Shown: positions 24,481 to 36,200 of the stretch, piece by piece
Numbering within the stretch: position 1 is the first letter of the stretch
Layout: each line of letters begins with the position of its first letter
NCBI GenBank assembly: GCA_964188305.1
Contig: OZ076893.1
DNA from: Podarcis bocagei
Taxonomy: Eukaryota
DNA: 64,000 bases
Direction: 5' to 3' (one strand)
The notes under the pieces: generated by a model
Database searches by the model: none
Seen by the model: only the letters and a program-made list of their open reading frames with translations
Told to the model about the DNA's origin: nothing
Position numbers and translations under genes: made by a program

Positions 24481-26134
24481 TGTAGCAGGAACCCCCCACC
24501 CCAATCATTCAGTCTGTACAAACTTCTCACACTCACACACTACATACGCCACACTTCTGTTATAAATTCATAGAAAAATCAACCATACATCGGATTTGCA
24601 CTGTTCCATTTTTGTTTTACTCCATATGACAAGGACTATCAAAGGGGGGTGGCTTGGTTCTGGTCAGCCATAATCCCTTCACCATCCCAGCATATCCACA
24701 GGAGCCCTGCCCAGTTGCTATTTCAACCCTGATGATCCCAGACAGAAGACAATCAAGATCACAAAGAACTTGCATATGGGAGTGGATTCAGCATGGACTG
24801 AAACAAAGGACAATGATCAGATCTTCCCTCTGGGGGCAGGAAACTGCCAACTCCCCTTTGTCACCTGGAAAGTACTCATGGGGAGGGGGAAAGGGGGAAC
24901 CAGCCAGGTGAAAGGACACTCAGGTTACCACCACCACCCCTCCCTCAACCCCTCCTTTCTGTGTTGTATGCATGATGTTTCTGGGGGTGGGCTTGACCTA
25001 GAGGATGGGAATTTCAAAAGTCTTTATAAGACCTTGCACACCATTTTTCTGGGTCCCTCCTCCTGCAAGTGAGGGGAACACCCTGTTGCAACAGTTCAAT
25101 AAAGGCCAAGCCTACAGGCTGCTGTTTTGCTCCAAGTTATCCTGGTTGGTGTCTTTATTTTGTCCAAGGGAGCCCTCGGATTTTTCCGGTAACATTGGCA
25201 AGGTGATGTCAAAAGGAATAATAAAGCTCAATTCTGCTCCAGATGGCTCACTAGTCCAAAAGCATTATAGAGTGACACAGCCCTAGCCTCTGTATTGGAA
25301 TACCAGGGAAGGAATATTAGGTTCGCGTCCCTCAGGAGAGAGTTCCACAAAATTGGTGCCACCACCGACAAGCCCATGGGTCTTGTCAGGGGTGAGTATG
25401 TGGCAGCAAGCCTCTGAGGAAGGGATTTAGCATGGAAGTTGGCTCCCCTGGTAGAAGGCCGTCCTTCAAGCCTGCGATGTGTGTCTGTTGTGGGCAAACA
25501 TATTGCAATCAGTTTTGGTTGCCCTCTTTCATAGAAGACATAGCAGTCAGTCACTAATTATTATTAATAAACATGACAGGACACTAGATCTCCTGTGGCA
25601 ATTTGGATTGCAAACAAATGCAGATGTTAAGTTCTTTCAGAGGGCTGCCCTAAGCAGAAAGCCCAGCTGCAGAGGGGTTCTCGGAGGTGACAGAAGTGTA
25701 ACTCCCCAAACATGCTCCTTTGCCAATGGGGGAAAACGTGCTGGTGGAAGGAGCCCACTGTAGAGCAGGGGGAGCACAGCCCATGCTCCCTGTTGACAGC
25801 GCTGCTCCACATCAGCCTGAGAGCTGGCACAAGGCCTGCCCTTCCCACCAAGCTCCAAGGGGGCAGCAGACTTCGCTCACAAGGTGCCATCATAGCATTG
25901 TAGAGTTGGAAGGGATCCCAAGGGTCATCTAGTCCAACCCCCTACGATGCAGGTAGGTAGCCTTGAACTACAACTCCCATCAGCCCCAGCCAATGGGGCC
26001 AGGAGGGCTGGGTGTTGAAATGCGGAAGGCAGGCAAGTTCTTTCCAGGGGGGGGCCGCAACCATCTTTTAAGAAGCCCAAGTGCCACATCAAACATACCA
26101 TCCAAATACAGTATATACTGTATATAGGAGGGCC

Positions 26135-26449
26135 AAGGCCGGATTTAGGTTTGATGAGGCCCTAAGCTCCTGAAGGTTGCCTTTTATATAGGGCCTTTTA
26201 TATCTCCTTTGTCAGCAACAAATTGTTGCTGTTTTTGGTGCTGAATATATGCTATATGGCAATATATGGACCTAATAGGTCCATACACAACCCAAAACAC
26301 TGTTGCTGTATGAAGGTTTTATTTTATTTTGTTTTTTATCTTCTATTTTGGAAATGTACATCCAGGTTTTTTCCCCTTTAATTTTTTGGGGGCCCCCAAG
26401 AGAGTGGGACCCTAAGCTATAGCTTACCTATAGCTTAGAGGTAAATCCG
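26135..26449. mobile_element. hAT-like MITE (GGCCGGATTT...AAATCCG family)
   Basis: Degenerate TIRs; internal sequence shared with about 47960-48136, which ends AATCCGGCCCTG. Confidence 0.55.
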
Positions 26450-27260
26450 CATCGCACGTGCCGTCCCCATAGATCTCTCGGAGGGCTTGGGCTGAGCGGG
26501 GTCCCCTCCTGGCCCGGAACCTGGGAGTCGGGCCGCGGTTTCCCCCCGGCGGCGGTGGGGAAGGGGACGGAGGCGCGCCGGAAGCGCCCCGCGGGGAGCC
26601 GCGCTCGGCTTCCGGTTCCGGGCGGCGACTCGATGGCGGCGGCGGCGGCGCCGGGCTGCTCGCCGTCCCCGTCGGGCCTGGTGCTGCTGGCCTCGGCCAA
26701 GGCCTGGGTGCCGCGCTCGCCGGACGCGCCCTCGGCCTCGCCGGCCGGCCGGGAAGCGCGGCGCCTCTTCCGGCTCCAGCTGAGCGCCGCGCCCGGCCCC
26801 GAGCGCTTCCGATTCGGCCTGAGGGGCGCGGCGGAGTCGGGGGGCGAAGCGGTGAGAGGGGACGGGGAGGGGGGAGGCGGCGGGACCCCTTCCCGGGTCG
26901 CCCCGGGCTTGGCGTCGCGCCTTCCTTCGCCAGGGTGCTTTTCCTTTCTGTGGGATGATGGCGCATGCTCCTCCTCCTCCTCCTCCTCCTCCTCTCATGC
27001 CCCCCAACAACAACCCTCCGAGGCCGGGCCCCAAGGTCTCGCCCAACCAACAACAACCCTGCGAGGTAGACCGAGGCCGACTGCCCCCCCCCAGGTCACG
27101 CCCACTGAGCTCCGTGGCCCAAGGGGGATTTGAACCCAGGCCCTGGTCCGCCCCTCTGGCCCTGCCGCACAGGCTTGTCTCGCCCGCTTACCAGAGGCGG
27201 CGGCTGCCTCCTTCGCCTCCTCCTCCTCCCTGCCTTTCTTCCCCACAGGCCGTCGAAGCT
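26450..27260 (+). promoter_or_regulatory. CpG island: promoter and exon 1 of the SHARPIN-locus gene
   Basis: CpG-rich; E-box CACGTG at 26455-26460; ETS-like CCGGAAG near 26578 and TTCCGG near 26610, just upstream of ATG 26633. Confidence 0.8.
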
Positions 27261-30200
27261 GCTGCCCCAACCCGTCAGACCGGAGTGGGTGCATTTCAGC
27301 TGCTGGAGGGGGCTGCCCAGCCGGGGGAAGCAGCGCCAGGGGCAAAGCCCAGGCTGTTTGGGGCCTTCTAGCCGCTGTCAGTCTTTGCTGGGAAATGTCC
27401 CTCTTCTCGGAGTGGCGCTGAAGGCTTGCCTCTTTCACAAGAGGCCAGCAAAGTCATCCCTTCCTGTACAGGATCTGTTTCTCCCCCACCCACCCCACAT
27501 TTCACAGGATGTCTCAATGTATGAACAATGCTTAGAAAAAGAATTAGGTGCTTCCTAAGTCTTTATTAATTAAGAACAAACAACATCCAGGGATTTGATC
27601 ATAGAATATCCAGCTCATATATCCAAGCAAGGATCATGGTAGCAGCTTGTTTTCGTTTCCCTTGCACTTCCATTTTGTTAAATGCACTGATTTCTTGGAT
27701 CAAGTAGAAAGGCCTCGACATACCTTAGTCCATTGTGTGCTTCAAGTATGCCTGCTCATAATGTACTACTCATTAAAAACAATGACATCCCCACCTTTCA
27801 GTTGCATACAGCAGTACCCAAAATGGCTTGCAGTCAACATGTTTAACAACAGTTTGAGTCCTTGAGACGGTATTGGTGATCCAGCTCAAGGCATGCTTGG
27901 GGGAAACTGATTATCTGGACCCATTTAAATCCAGTTTCAGGCCTGGGCGCAGCACTGAAACTGCTTTGGTTAGTGGCGTTTGTGGATTGTGCCTCATACC
28001 TTCTTGTTACCCCTATAACACCCTGCCTACCACACACAGGCCTCGCACTCATCATGAGGGGCTGTAAACAAATAGGGCAGAACAGGAAAGGACCTGCAGG
28101 CTCCTCTTGCTTCTGCCAGTGGAGTTCTAAAGACACCCCCTCCCTCGATGCAGTATCCAATGTTCCTGCAAGAGACTTGGGGGTTTTCGAAAGAGGACTG
28201 GACAAATTCACAAAGGAGAGGGCTATTGATGGCTGCTAGTCATAATGGCTAAGCTCTGCCTTTGCAGTCAGAGGCAGTAGTGCTTCTGAATAGCAGTTGC
28301 TGGAAACCACAGGAGGGGAGAGTGTGGCTCTTGGGCTTGAATCCTGCTTGTGGCTTTCCTGGAGGCATCTAGTTGGCCGCTGTAAGAACAGGGTTCTGGA
28401 CTAGATGGGGCATTGGCCTGATTCAGCAGGTTCTCCTCCTGTTCTTAGGAGTTCCACTTGCAGAATGGAACTTTCCCCTCCTCTCTCTCCCCTGCAGTCT
28501 GCCATGCACCCTCAAAATCAGCTCTGGGGGGATGGGAGAACCTCTCAAGCAGTTTTGCACAGAGGGAGGAGAGGGGCAAGTCCTGTTGTGCAAGGAGAGG
28601 TCCATCCTTTGAGCTCTTCAGCAGTGGGAGCAGCTTTCAGCATGAGCGCTGATGAGGGGGAGCCTGATGAGACTTGGCTGAAGAACAGAATGGGTGCTTG
28701 GACCCCCGTGTTGCTTGAGGTAAAGAGGCCTCAACAAGAGCTGGTTGGGGCTATTTGACTTTGGACTCGCCCACTAATGCTTTTCTTCCCCCAGGGCCTT
28801 GTTGAGTACAACCTCAGAGACATTTCCTATGAGGTGAAGACTGCCACGTGTCATGAGCTGAAGTTCTTAGCCCGCCCAGACGACCCCCTTGTTTTCCACT
28901 TTGAGGATGAGCATGAGGCACAGAAGTGGTGGACAGTCGTCAGCAGCTCCCTCCAGGAGCTCCAGAAAGGTCAGCTCCTGCCCCGGAAGGCACTTACAAT
29001 GCCAGGGTCCGGCTTCTGGTAGTGAGAGAGGGCATGGCTTGAATCCTGCTTCCAGGTTTCCCACAGGCATTGGATTGGCCCCTGTGAGAACAGGATGCTG
29101 GACTAGCTGGGCCATCGGCCTGATCCAGCGGGCTAGTCTGATCTTCTTATGTTCTGTGTCTGCCTGCTGGAGCACTTCTTCTAAAGTCTCTTCTCTCCCC
29201 AGCTACTGAGGGAAGCGGTTTGCTGACAGGACGGCCTTCTCCCCTTCCCTTGGCACTTTTCAACTCTCTGTCTGACATCGATGTCTCCCTGCCCTTGGAG
29301 CTTGCCAGGAAAGGTGGGTGGCTGATGGCACAGGACACTTGTCCACTGGCAGTGTGCCCTTGAAGACACATCATAAACATTACTCAGCTGCCAGGAAATG
29401 TGATGTTTGCATATCTGAAATTTCCTTTTACCTGTATCGGGTTAGGCAGCTGGTTTTGTTGCACAGTGGTAATGAGGAGTGGGTGCATTTTGTGAAGTAT
29501 TGTTGAGAAGGTGAATTGAGAGAGAACTTGGTTTCAGTAATTGCCCAAAATCTCCCCCATATTTCTATGGCTTAGAAGCCATTTTGGCAAGCAAGAGGTA
29601 AACAGATGAATAAATAATATCTACTTAAAAAGCAAGCCATGTTTACACTTCCTGTTGAACCTTTCCTTCCCACTGACGCTAATCCACTGGAATGGGGGTT
29701 TCATTTGGTGCCCATGCAAGTATTCAGTTATTGATTGCATTAAAAGCACTTGGTTTGTTTTATTTCCTTCTATGTTGACCTCTTCCCTGGGTGCCTGCTT
29801 GATCCACCACCTCAGTGGTGAGGAGTCACTGGAAATACCCAGGGGCCACATGCAGTTAAGTAGGAGGCCGCATCCAGGGCTTGGGTTGGAGGCTCCCCAG
29901 CCGTGCTTTGCGGTTTGCCCTGTATAACTCACCAGAGCAGCATCAGTGTCCTGAAGGAGTGGCTTCTTGAGCTGGATGAGGAAGAGGGGGCTGCCCTTGC
30001 CACCCAGATTGTGAGCCCCTCCAACTGCCCCAACTTTTTTCATTTTTTTTTTAAAAGTAAAACAGCCAGTCAACATAGATGAAGAGAAGAGTGTCATATA
30101 TTGCATTCCTATCCCACCTTTCCTCAAGGTGGTTGACACAGGTCCCCTCCTCCCCATTTTATCCTCGCAGGAACCCTTTGAGGTGGGTTAGTCTGAGGGT

Positions 30201-33200
30201 GAATGACTGGCCTAGTTCCACACCCGGTGAGCTTTGTGGCTGACTGGGGATTTGAGCCCTGGCCTCCCAGGTCCTAGCCTGAGTTCTGCTGCAACTGAAG
30301 ACAACTAAAACCAATCCAACAGCTGCACGAGGCCTCTGTGTGACTAAGAAAAGAGCAGGGTACAAATGCTCAAAACAGAATAAGATAAGAAAGCTTTTCC
30401 AACTCACTTGGAAGGAAGTCTTGGGTCTGACCACCTGCAGCAGCAAGCCAAGTGTGGGGCAGGGGTGGGGCTGCTTTTGAGAGCTCTTGCTCAGCAGTGG
30501 GTGGCTCCCTAGGAGGTTTTCCATCGCAGACCTTGGAGAAGGGCGGGAGGCGGGAGGCTTGCCCGAGATGGGGGGTGCACAACTTGACCTGGCGGCTCAT
30601 GCCTGGCTTTGTCTCCTCCTCAGAGGACCTGGCGCTCCACCTGTCCACTGCTATTGAGCTCGGGGACGAGGAGGAGGCGATGCGCTGTGCCACGCTGCTC
30701 GCCCAGCAACACGCGGCTCTGCGGATCCTGCTGAAGGAGTCCTGCTACCCCACAAGCGAGATCAGGTGGGAGCGGAGGGCTGGGCAGGGAGCCGGTGTCT
30801 CTGGAGGAGGCTGGGTGGGTTAGGCTGGGTGATTTGGGGCCAATCCCCTGCACGCCTCCTCTTCTGAAGATGGCCGGTTGCGGGACACGCTGTGCTCATC
30901 TCACTGGCTGATTCCCTTCCTTTTAGCATGAAGGTGCAGGTGGAAGACGCCACTTGCTCAACGAGCATCACCACCCGCGTCCACACGTACACCACCATTG
31001 CAGGGCTCAGGCAGAAGGTAACCCGGGCACAGCTTTTCAGAGGCGGGGATGCTGTCTTCTGGCTCCCTCACTGGGGCAGCTTCTGGGGCAAAATGCCAAC
31101 GACTGCCTGGCTGCTTGGCCTGCAGCAGAAGCCTTCAGACTCCCACTGACCCCGTCTCTGCTTCCCCCAGGTCTTTCAGGATTACGGATTCCACCCCAGC
31201 GTCCAGCGCTGGATTATTGGCCAGTGTCTCTGTGTGGATGACCGAACCGTTGGCTCTTACGGGATTCAGAAGGACGGAGACACAGCCTTCCTCTACCTGC
31301 TCTCGGCAAAGGGTGCCCACCTCTCTGAGCAGCGCTTCAAGGAGGACAGGGACTGGGTGGTGCTGCAGCCGCCCCCCTCGCCCCTGGCGGACAACACGGA
31401 TGCCAGGCACAAATTCAGCACCTTGCCCACCTGCCTGCCCAAGAAAAGTGAGTGGGGGCCTCTTAGTTGGGGGGGGGGAGGGGAAGAGGTTGCATCTGGC
31501 TAGAAGCAGGGGGTTCATTTTGGAACCCTCAGAACAGGTTACACCTCTCCCCAACGGCTTTTCTGCATGCAAGTCAAGGCAATTTAAATCAGGAAAACAA
31601 AAGACGAAATTCAGTTACTGAAGTCCAGTTTCTCATTTATTCATATCTTACCTCCTCTGTGGTGCAATTCTGACCACTAATTTACAACTAAATAGTATAT
31701 TGTTAACGTTGTTTTATCCTTCCAGCCAAGCTTTGCATCTCTTTCTTACATCTGGATACACAGCTTGTGACAATGTGTGGTTAAAGGTCCAATCCTAAAA
31801 CAGGGTATAAATTCATAAATGATGCTAATAGGAATCTGTCCCTTTGTGCTGGGGGTGGGCTTAGGTTTGGCTGAGGGAGGGAGGGACATAGGAACTTGTA
31901 TGCTGAGCACTCTTAGCTCCTCCCGCTTCTTGTCCCTGTTGCTCCTTCTTGCTTTGCTCTGCCTTGGACCACCCCCCAAAAGAGGAAACCAACAGCACAA
32001 AAATGACCTGCCCATGACCAGTATAGTGGTACCTCTGGATACGAACGGGGTCCGTTCCAGAGCCCCGTTTGCATCCTGAAGTAAACTTAAGGTGCGTGTG
32101 TGTGGGTCGTGTTTTACCGCTTCCACGCATGCGCGTGATGTCATTTTGTGCGTCTGCACATGCGCGAGCGGTGAAACCCAGAAGTAACACGCTCCGTTAC
32201 TTCCGGGTTGTCACGGAGCGCAACCCGAAAATATTCATCCCGAAGCTACTTCAACCCGAGGTCTGACTGCAGGTGGCAGTCAGGCCCTTTGGGAGTCAGG
32301 AGGACTTTATTTCCTGAAAAGGAAATGTATCTGATTTTTGTTAGAGTGCAAATCTGCATACCTGAGAAATGATCCAACCAGTTTTTCATGTTCATAGAAA
32401 GGCCTCCTTTAATGTATCTGGGAGAGTTTAGAGATTAACCATAGGGACAACATTTATTTGTTTAACTTTATTTAAACAAAGCTTGAGAACAATCATTAAA
32501 ATCTCTCCAATAGTTAACATGCTTATATTCAGACTGATCGATATTAACCTAGCTTTTGTTTAAGAGAAACTTTGCACTTGCGAAGTTCTTAGACCTCCTT
32601 CTTCTAAGTCTCCTTCTTCTGTTGCAGGTGTGAAAAATTCTAACAGGAAGAGGGATGTCGGTGAGAGCAGCCACTTCCTGGGAAAATTCCTCCCTGGCCA
32701 CTCGCGAGCCCCTCCGCCCCCGGCTGCCGCCCCTCCTCCCTCTCCTGTGCCGGTATGTACTCTCTCTGCTAAGTGGTGAAACTCAAGGCAGCCGTCTCGC
32801 CATATATATGCCCCCTCTCTCTTTCCCAGTCCCTGGGCTCCCTGTGGCCTTGTCTCCCCTCACCCCGTAGTCTGCTCAAGAAAGGGGCCAGAGCACCTTC
32901 TGGGGAGGGGGGCCTCATCACCCAGCAGGAAGCACAAGTGGGAGAGGGGTGGTCCTGGGGCACGTGGCTGCATCCTGGGCTATCCTTGCCGGCGCCACGT
33001 CTAGCGGCCTCTTCCTCTTTCTCCTCCTCATCTCCCATTGCAGACTGGCTGGTCTTGCCCCACCTGCACCTTCATCAACAAGCCCACCCGGCCCGGCTGC
33101 GAGATGTGCAGCACAGACCGGCCTGCCAACTATGTGGTTCCCGGGAGCTACAGGCCGGATGAGGTGGAGCTGTGGCGGATGCAGCAGGAGAAGGAGGGCA

Positions 33201-36200
33201 TCTTACAGTACCAGAAGGTAGGTCTGGGTAGCTCCCTTCCTGTGCCTCACAGTCCACTGGAGAAGCTCCCTGCAGGGGTCTGGAGCTTTGCTCTGCTCCC
33301 AGCTCTCTTGGCTCTTTTCTCTAGCTCCCTCTCCTTATGCAGCTCCTTAATGTGGCGTTCCCAAAGCACAGGAAGGATTAGACTCTGATTAATAGAATAC
33401 ACACAAAGGCTTGACCAGCAAGACTCTGGGAGGAGTGTGTATAATAATTCCTGTCCACCCCCTTGGCCCAGGTCGTTTTATTCACAAAAGAACTTTTTAC
33501 ACAGTGCTCATAAGAACCAATCAGATTTCCTCTGAGCGTTTCAAAAAAACCCACGTGGGACAAAGTTAAAGTTAAAACTACAAAGAGCTAATTTCCTACT
33601 TGAGCATGCATATGTAATTCAGAGTAAATAAAAGAGGAAGCAAGGAGGAATGCTTTTAGGAAACTCCGGAGGTCATAAGCAGCAATAAACAGGAGAGGAA
33701 GGATAGGTAGTATTTACCATCTCCTTGTGAACGATTAACAAAGTACATCAAAGCTACCTTCTAGCTTTATGGCCCCGGATGCCTGATGCAGCAGCCGGCA
33801 ACTGGCCTGTGTCCTAGAATGCTGATACGTGCCTGTCAGGCAGAGAGAAAAGGGCAGGAGAGGGAAAATGGCTTAGATGTAGAAGCTTCTGGGATTGGAT
33901 CAGAAATTATTGTCAATGTATCAAACCCAGTCAACGCAATGTTTTCATCACGTACACGATGGCCTGATGCATCTTTTATAATTCCTCATAGTAATCCCAC
34001 CTCTGGATATTTGCACTCCTACACTTAAGAACCCCAAATGTGTCCTGCAGCAGCTGGATGAGGCCAAGGGGAGCCAGTCCAGCCCAGCCGGCTGTTGTCC
34101 TAGTGGACCACCAGCTGCCTCTTCTGGGAAGCCCACAGGCAGGACCTAAAGGCAGCAGCAGCAGCAGCACTCTCCCCACTTGCGATTCCTCCCAGCACCT
34201 GGTGTTATTCAGAGGCCTTTGCTGCCTACAAAAGCGGGCAGGAAACATCGTCATTGTGGCTGGTAGTGGTCCAAGAAGCCAGCTCCCCAGCTGTGTTCTG
34301 GAGGCTTTCAAAAGTATTCCCCACTTGAGAGGCACTTTCTGTTTCAAATTTGCTTGTAGAGTCTCCATGCAGATTCTTCTTAATTCTGGGATTTCTAATT
34401 AGATGATGATAGTAAGTTCAGCTTACTAAATTTATTGATAACTTCACACAACCGAACGGAGTCCCAAAGCTATTTACAAGAGAAGTGCTATAAATTTACA
34501 TCGTAAGAAATGTGCTAAAAAAGTGTGCATCCCAAATCACTTAAGTTCTGCCCTGGGGTAGGTTGCTGCCTGCCCAGAAGCCATTCTGGTCTACGAGTGG
34601 AGTATAAATTAAGGAACAAAACTGCTGAATGGGGTGGAAATGAACATGTCCTGCTTCCGAGGCTGCAGATGCCTGGAGTCCACGTTCAGGATGGTCCTGA
34701 GAGGGAGGTCAGGTTCCCCCTTCCCCTCTGTCATGGCCGACGTCACACCTCTGAGTTTAAACATCTTTGGGCACAATCTCTGCCTGCAAAGGAAGGGAGG
34801 GAGGAAAGAGCCCTGTACCTTTCTCATGAAGTTGTCTCCCAATGCCGTGGTGCTGTCAGCTGGTTGATGGATGGGGAGCTAAGGGTCTAACATACTGGCC
34901 AAATCCTGCTCCCCAACTATGTAGGTGATGTTTAGTTCTTGCTTGATTCATTTTCTTAAATAATGAGATACTAATTATGATTTGGTTGTCCCTTTCAATG
35001 TTTCGTCGGTGGTATATTTTTAGTGTATTGTTTTCATCACATTTCCTGTAAATACAAAAAACATGTTGTTGTCGAGTGCACCAGAAAAAGAATAGAATTT
35101 CAAAATCTCTCGGGCTCCGTCCTTCTCCTTCTGTGCTTTCCAAGGAGGGTGGGCTCTCAGGGAGGGCTGCAGTCCATTCTGGGGTGTGGTGGTGGTGGTG
35201 GTGGTGAAGGTGCATCAGGCTCCAGGCAGCAATCTCTGGCGGCGGCAGCAGTGGTGGCGGCAGCACCTGACGACTCTCTTCTCTTCTTTCTTCTTTCTCT
35301 TGTGGCAGGAAAAAGGAAGGAGAGAAGACGGTTCCGCTGTGCCCTGTGCCCACAGCCTGGGAACCCCGGACGACTTTATCCACCTCTCCTCGGAGTTCTC
35401 ATAGCCCTCCTCAGAGCCGGGGCCGCCATCGCTACCACTGCCCCTCCCAGCCTTGCAGTGGGGACGTGTGTTAGTCCTGGCTGCAGCACCAAGGGCTGCC
35501 AAGATGAGCCAAGCGGACAGTGAAGCCCAAGGGGCAGGGCAGGGGTGGGCTTCTGTGGCTGCCCCCCACCTTCCCCTGCTGAGAACAAGCAGCTGAGAGT
35601 CCTTGCTGGCCCTTGGCGGCTTCACTGGCTGGCCTTTGAGAAAGGCCATATTGGGGGGGGTGTGCTTTGAGAGCTCCCTGCGACAGCAGCAAGAGCTGCG
35701 TCCCACCTGAGCAACTTTTGGGGTGCAGCCATGCAACGTTTGTGGGTTTGCCTAGGCTCCCCCCTTGCCCCTCCATTCCACCTGGGTCTTGGAGTTCAGC
35801 CCATTTCCCAGCTCAACTGGCAGCCGCACAGAGCCTCCCTGCCTCTCGCTCATGGAAGACTGGAGCTGTGTGAGCCTCAGAGGCTGGAGCCAGGTTGGTC
35901 TCCTGGGCCACGAAAGCCCCTGCAGTGGGGCTGCCACTTGAATACCATGAGCTGTTCATAGGTTGTGATCCCCACCATGAAAATGTGTGTGTGTTTGTGC
36001 ACTGTTTGCCCAGCGGAGGCAGTCGATCTGCTGTATTTGACACTGTGCATTGGATCTGTGGGCTGCCTGCCCAACCCATGGAGCCCGTTGCCCTGCCAGA
36101 GCTTCCTTCCTCTTTGCCCCACAGTGCCTTCCTCCCTCATTTGCCTCTGGCTCTCCTCCGCTCTGCCCTCAGGCCTGCACAGCCAGGGTGTCGCTGCTGC

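Noticed and set aside
24481-25093. Possible solo LTR (TGTAGCAGG...CCTGTTGCA)
   Set aside because: Imperfect inverted termini and no matching TSD; the left flank may have been altered by the BovB insertion. Unresolved.
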